From: a virus
DNA length: 64,000 bases
Strand: one strand, 5' to 3'
IMG/VR virus record: IMGVR_UViG_3300031344_000086
Location: 4,671-68,670 of that record
This document shows positions 59,695 to 64,000 of the stretch, in pieces (within the stretch, counting starts at the first letter, position 1; every line of letters starts with the position of its first letter). The notes beneath the pieces are model-generated. The model worked only from the letters and a program-made list of their open reading frames with translations, did no database searches and was not told where the DNA came from. The translations under genes were made by a program, and so were the position numbers.

Positions 59695-60714
59695 ATGCGC
59701 CCCCAACTGCAATATATAGCCGATACTATTTTGATAGAGTCTTTAACAAAAGAAGATGGTAAAATTGCCATTGCTCAAGATAGTTCTGCTTCATCACCAG
59801 TTAGCAGTTTGAAATCATATGTATCATCAATTTTTAATAAAGATAAACCTACTATATCTGGTGTCATGTCTCTTTTTACTGATGGTCTTATATTTAGTCT
59901 TGGTGGCACCAAATTAAAAATACTATATGCTCTTGCTAAAGCGTTTGGATTTAATTGGCAAGGATTTTGGCATACAGTTGGAACAGATGTTGTGGATTTT
60001 GTAAAAGATATATTGTCATCTGGTAAAAAAGCAGACCCTAATACAACCGCTACAAAAGCCAATGATATTGCAGCAAATGCAGTTAATGCTAATTTTACTG
60101 GAACCGTAGATCAATCTAAAATAAAAGAGATGTTAGGTCAAGGTTTGCTAAAATCTTTTAGTATTGAATACAACTCAAACTTAGTTAAAACTGCCAGTAT
60201 AACAAGTAAAATAGCAGGAGTTTTAATTAGGATAGTTGGGTGGTTAATAATAACAGTTATAGGTATGATAGGTCTTTCAGAAATCGGTAAATTGGTTTCT
60301 GGTAAGGGTTCTGAAAAAGAAGAAACATCACAGAATACAGGTAAGCTAATTCAGATATCGCCAGATGCACCGTCAGATTTATTTTCTATGCATAGAAACA
60401 ATATGTCATCAATATGGATTGAACACGGTAATATAGAAGATATTGAAAACATATTAAAAAATTGGATATTTTCTGCGTACCCTCAATTGAAAAAATATGA
60501 AAATTTATTAACAACTTCTCCTGCTTTTCAGTCAATGTTAGATAAGTTTGAAGAAAGAAATAAACTTGCAAACGGATTAGGGTTTATATCAGTGCCTAGA
60601 CCATATCAAAGAAAAATAGATATAGTTTCTATGATAGTTGGATCTTTTCTACGAGCAGCCGGCGTTAAAGAAAACTCAAGTATAGGAACAGACAGCAGGG
60701 CTATAACTGCATAA
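59695..60714 (+). CDS. putative internal virion protein with hydrophobic (TM-like) helix
   Basis: IAGVLIRIVGWLIITVIGMIGL immediately after LVKTAS. Confidence 0.6.
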   Translation: MRPQLQYIADTILIESLTKEDGKIAIAQDSSASSPVSSLKSYVSSIFNKDKPTISGVMSLFTDGLIFSLGGTKLKILYALAKAFGFNWQGFWHTVGTDVVDFVKDILSSGKKADPNTTATKANDIAANAVNANFTGTVDQSKIKEMLGQGLLKSFSIEYNSNLVKTASITSKIAGVLIRIVGWLIITVIGMIGLSEIGKLVSGKGSEKEETSQNTGKLIQISPDAPSDLFSMHRNNMSSIWIEHGNIEDIENILKNWIFSAYPQLKKYENLLTTSPAFQSMLDKFEERNKLANGLGFISVPRPYQRKIDIVSMIVGSFLRAAGVKENSSIGTDSRAITA

Positions 60715-60739
60715 TTAGCAATATATTATAGGAATAAAT

Positions 60740-62050
60740 ATGCGACATAGTGATATTTTTGATAGTTATGCCAAAATTGCAGAAGAGCAGGGATTAGTCT
60801 CTCTTTCAGAGGATGAGGTAAAAACCCCATCGGATAAGCCAAAAGAATCTGCAAAAATGAAGCGATACAAAAAAAGTCCCGCTCCACGAATGGGTTCAGA
60901 TACTATTGAAGTAATTGAAGCATTGTATGGTGTTAAACCAGATAATTCCATTGAATATGAAAATAATATAATGGAAGCCGCGCATAAAACTCCAGTTGTA
61001 ATTGCTCCAGCATATGATAGACTAAATGCTCTTGTAGAAAATAACAATGAACAAAACAATATAATGTGTAATATTGTTATGAAACAAAATGATAGTATTC
61101 AATCAATGCATCGATATGCTGAAAAAGAATTGCTACTACAATTAGTTCGTGTTGCAAATGATATGGATAATTGTGGTAATGAAGATATACGCGTGCTTGC
61201 AGACGCGTGCATAGAAAAACTAGCATTAAAAAAAAATGCTGATTTTTGGGATGAAGTAAAAAATAAAGCCAAAGACTGGTTCGGTGTTGGCGAAGGCGCC
61301 GTAACAGGGGCAACAGTAGGCGGAATTGTTGGTGGAATTATTGGTGCGTTTTTTGGTAGTCCGTTAGTTGGCGCAAAGATTGGTGCCTGGGCTGGCGGAG
61401 GAATTGCTGGATTAGTAGCATCCGTAGAAAAAACAGCTCCTCATGTAGTTAGCATATCAGCTAACGCCAAAGATACAGTAGAACAATTAAATGATCTAAT
61501 AAGCAAAATACCAACAGCAAAACAAGAACGAACATTTTTAGTTAGTTTTCAGGGCATATTGAAATATCTATCAGTAGCTGCTGATAAATATAGTGGAATG
61601 ATCGCTGGTATTGGTAAAGACAATAATAAAGATACCGAAGAGTCTCATAAAATAACAGATGACTTAATCAAACTAACAGATGAAACAGAAGAATATATTG
61701 AAAAATTTAATCAGAACGTAAAACAAAGTTTATATAATGAATATGATCAACATAATAAAATTGTCGACCCAATTTATTCAATAATTGGAACAGATATTGA
61801 GGATGTTCAAAAATCAATTCAATCATTAGAAACAACTATAAAGCAGTTTGATGAAGTTGTTGGGCACGTCAGACAAGCGGCAGCTCCAGCAGTTGCGCAA
61901 GCTCAACAAAGTCCAGCTCCACAGGCTACTAATCCTGAATCGGAAGATGATGAACGCGCAAAACAATTAAAGAAAATGGTTCAAGAAATTGGCGCTCCAG
62001 CAGGTAAAGAAGAACAGATGGCAGAAAATATTAAACAGTGGATAAAATAA
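60740..62050 (+). CDS. putative internal virion protein with glycine-zipper hairpin
   Basis: GAVTGATVGGIVGGIIGAFFGSPLVGAKIGAWAGGGIAG after LKKNA. Confidence 0.65.
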   Translation: MRHSDIFDSYAKIAEEQGLVSLSEDEVKTPSDKPKESAKMKRYKKSPAPRMGSDTIEVIEALYGVKPDNSIEYENNIMEAAHKTPVVIAPAYDRLNALVENNNEQNNIMCNIVMKQNDSIQSMHRYAEKELLLQLVRVANDMDNCGNEDIRVLADACIEKLALKKNADFWDEVKNKAKDWFGVGEGAVTGATVGGIVGGIIGAFFGSPLVGAKIGAWAGGGIAGLVASVEKTAPHVVSISANAKDTVEQLNDLISKIPTAKQERTFLVSFQGILKYLSVAADKYSGMIAGIGKDNNKDTEESHKITDDLIKLTDETEEYIEKFNQNVKQSLYNEYDQHNKIVDPIYSIIGTDIEDVQKSIQSLETTIKQFDEVVGHVRQAAAPAVAQAQQSPAPQATNPESEDDERAKQLKKMVQEIGAPAGKEEQMAENIKQWIK

Positions 62051-62157
62051 TTTAGATTTATAGTAATAATATAGTATTGAAATAAGAACTTTTGTAAGAT
62101 CAAGATGAAAGACACGCTATATCGTATAACGAATAGCAGATTAACAAGGAAAATAAA

Positions 62158-62865
62158 ATGGCTCTTATATTACACAATCCTGGGGCAAACCCCTTAGGGC
62201 AATTTGACGGTTATTTTGGCGAAACACTAAACTTCAAGGGCGGCGAAGTCTGCACTTGGGCAGGCATGGCATTCCCAGCTGCTGGCGCAGTTGACGTTGA
62301 TGCTGACGGTTATGTCATTACATCAATGGGTAAAGCAGTTCCAGGCGTTTCACGCGCTCTTCTAACTGCAACCAGCAAACCACTCTTCCTATCGGATGAT
62401 GGTATTACTGGTTACGGCACACTATTCGGCGCAGTAGTTGGTGGTCTACTTGGTCAACAAGTAAATGGTCCATATTCTTACACTGGCGCAGTTCTCGGTC
62501 CACACACCGCAACTGCTTCAGGCAAAGTAACAGTATGGGACAAACCAGGTCTCTACGGAACAACTCTTGATGCAGTTGATACAGCTGCAACCGGTCTAGT
62601 TCCAACTAACTTCACCCTATCAGTTGGTGCAGCTCTAACATACACAGCAACTGGTCTTCTAACTCCAGTTGGCAGTGCAAATGCTCTAGCTGGTGCATCA
62701 GTTGTCGCACGTCTAGCATCATTCGAAAATAACGGTTCACTCGTAACTACACCAAGCTCACTAGTGTCAGCTCTAAACAGCCCATCTGGTAGCGTATCCA
62801 GCCTACAACAACTTCGTTTTACACAAGCTGTTTACTGGTACAACGGAGCTGGTGGTAACGCATAA
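62158..62865 (+). CDS. putative major capsid decoration protein
   Basis: Gly/Ala/Thr-rich beta protein with high-expression-type codon usage, just upstream of the probable capsid gene. Confidence 0.6.
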   Translation: MALILHNPGANPLGQFDGYFGETLNFKGGEVCTWAGMAFPAAGAVDVDADGYVITSMGKAVPGVSRALLTATSKPLFLSDDGITGYGTLFGAVVGGLLGQQVNGPYSYTGAVLGPHTATASGKVTVWDKPGLYGTTLDAVDTAATGLVPTNFTLSVGAALTYTATGLLTPVGSANALAGASVVARLASFENNGSLVTTPSSLVSALNSPSGSVSSLQQLRFTQAVYWYNGAGGNA

Positions 62866-62900
62866 TAGTAACTAACTAGAAATAGTTATTAGATAGTTTC

Positions 62901-62936
62901 AAAAAGCCTGGCGGAAATGCTGGGCTTTTTGTTTTT
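62901..62936 (+). terminator. Rho-independent terminator
   Basis: AAAAAGCCTGGC...GCTGGGCTTTTT. Confidence 0.85.
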
Positions 62937-63030
62937 AATAATAAATTATAAATAATAATCAACAATGCACAATGTTGTATTCGGTTAGAAGATGAATGTA
63001 AGTAAACAATCTAACTAAGGATATAATACA

Positions 63031-63771
63031 ATGACAAATTATAGAAATCCAAATGTTGGTGGTATTCCCGTAATACTACCACAATCATACTGGGATGAAC
63101 AACAAAGACTCATAGATCATGCAAACGGATATGATTATACTACTAACCCTACTAACAACAATCCTGTTAATAATACTGTAAATGGGCGCACATTTAATCG
63201 TACATTTGATGGTCGCAGGAATAATTTTGGTTTTAGAGACGGCTATCATGATGGCTACGGTTTTAGAGACGGCTATCAAGACGGTTACGGTTTTAACAAT
63301 GGCTATGGGGACGGCTATGGTAACAGAAACTGGGACGGCAGCAATAATTGGAATGGAAACGTAGACGCTAATGGCAATTGGAATGGAAACGTAGATGCTA
63401 ATGGTAATTGGAATGGTAATGTAGACGGTAGTGGTAGACCACACGGTCAATTTGCTGGTCGTTCACCAACAGACGGTTCTACTGGAATGGAATGGTACTT
63501 GCCTCAAAATCAAGGAGTTATTCCACAACAACAACGATTACATATGAATACATGGAATCAATTTGGTCGTTATAATACTAGGTTTGTAAATAGTTCAAGC
63601 AATCCATCATATAATAACAATCCTTACAATAATGTTCCATATAACAACGGTCCAACAAATAATAACCCATACAACAATGGTAGATTTAATAATGGTCCGT
63701 ACAACAACGGTCCAAATAATAATCAATTCGGTAATCCTAATAATAGGTTTGCACGTCGTCGTATGTTCTAA
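63031..63771 (+). CDS. Asn/Gly/Tyr-rich low-complexity (prion-like) protein
   Basis: GFRDGYxDGY, NWNGNVDANG and NNxPYNN repeats; AAGGA RBS. Confidence 0.7.
   Translation: MTNYRNPNVGGIPVILPQSYWDEQQRLIDHANGYDYTTNPTNNNPVNNTVNGRTFNRTFDGRRNNFGFRDGYHDGYGFRDGYQDGYGFNNGYGDGYGNRNWDGSNNWNGNVDANGNWNGNVDANGNWNGNVDGSGRPHGQFAGRSPTDGSTGMEWYLPQNQGVIPQQQRLHMNTWNQFGRYNTRFVNSSSNPSYNNNPYNNVPYNNGPTNNNPYNNGRFNNGPYNNGPNNNQFGNPNNRFARRRMF
63229..63430 (+). repeat. 30-bp coding tandem repeats (2 copies, then about 3 copies)
   Basis: GGTTTTAGAGACGGCTATCA... at 63229 and 63259; AATTGGAATGGAAACGTAGA... at 63346, 63376 and 63406. Confidence 0.85.
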
Positions 63772-63792
63772 TAAGTAGATTATATACTATAG

Positions 63793-63827
63793 AATGCTGA
63801 GTAGCTTAAGTGCTATTCGGCATTTTT
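63793..63827 (+). terminator. Rho-independent terminator
   Basis: AATGCTGAGTAGC...GCTATTCGGCATT (with G-U pairs) followed by TTT. Confidence 0.75.
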
Positions 63828-63940
63828 AGTTTAAATAATTTATTTTTATAAACATAGTAATATTGAAACATAAGATCAAAGGAATATTTTATTCCAGCTG
63901 GGAAACTGGCAACAAACTCAACAATAATCGGAGAAAATAC

Positions 63941-64000
63941 ATGTCTAATTCAATGTTCGATTCAAAAGGCGAAATTAACGCCTCTAACGTAAAAGAAGCT
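63941..64000 (+). CDS. 5' end of the probable major capsid protein gene (truncated by the window)
   Basis: GGAG RBS and late promoter motif at 63859; MSNSMFDSKGEINASNVKEA; position after the protease and decoration genes. Confidence 0.5.
   Translation, partial: MSNSMFDSKGEINASNVKEA

Noticed and set aside
62866-63030. tRNA or structured ncRNA in intergenic gaps (also 5324-5572 and 63772-63940)
   Set aside because: No cloverleaf or T-loop GTTCRA context was found by eye; the hairpins are explained by terminators or leaders. A covariance search was not run.
63229-63430. 30-bp repeats as a mini CRISPR array
   Set aside because: The repeats are contiguous, in frame and vary at synonymous positions with no spacers, so they are protein-coding repeats.
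583-63450. Minus-strand and nested alternative-frame ORFs in the track (for example 21403-21831, 44377-44889, 52731-53156, 54026-54667)
   Set aside because: They overlap well-supported + strand genes and are shadows of low-complexity or biased codon usage, with no recognisable motifs.
1-64000. Bacterial (for example CPR) chromosome, suggested by topA, dnaE, recA, tig, def, dnaJ and rpsU
   Set aside because: Terminase, portal, prohead protease, T4-like dNMP kinase and SSB, a single coding strand and a majority of hypothetical genes indicate a large phage.
1-64000. Alternative genetic code (TAG or TGA recoding, seen in some large phages)
   Set aside because: Long genes are intact in code 11, and TAG/TGA act as real stops with tight coupling to the next gene (for example 1852, 13113, 33943, 40049).

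Overview
This is 64 kb of an AT-rich (roughly 30% GC by eye), large or jumbo tailed dsDNA phage genome. All credible genes are on the + strand and read in the standard code. The left half (1-31.2 kb) is a replication, recombination and host-takeover module: topoisomerase IA, SbcCD, dNMP kinase, DnaE, RecA, gp32-like SSB, RuvC-like resolvase and a split DnaG primase. It also carries bacterial-type translation and protein-maturation genes (bS21, peptide deformylase with a SEC-C tail, trigger factor, DnaJ), plus oligoribonuclease, an M41-like peptidase, an MT-A70 methyltransferase and three HNH nucleases. A sigma-region-4 regulator (31.3 kb) marks the switch to a head module. That module holds an intein-containing large terminase, portal, a 1260-aa prohead protease/scaffold, two decoration-like paralogs and the probable start of the major capsid gene. 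About 20 uncharacterised or enzymatic genes are interleaved, including a CCA-type nucleotidyltransferase, a J-domain protein, a transglycosylase and a Tyr phosphatase. The most notable signal is that many head-module proteins share K-x-A motifs and a short helical 'L..A..LD..G....A..L' module. I infer a protease-processed, capsid-targeted cargo/ejection system under a dedicated late promoter (AWTAWT-N4-YATA). All calls come from motif recognition by eye; no searches were run.
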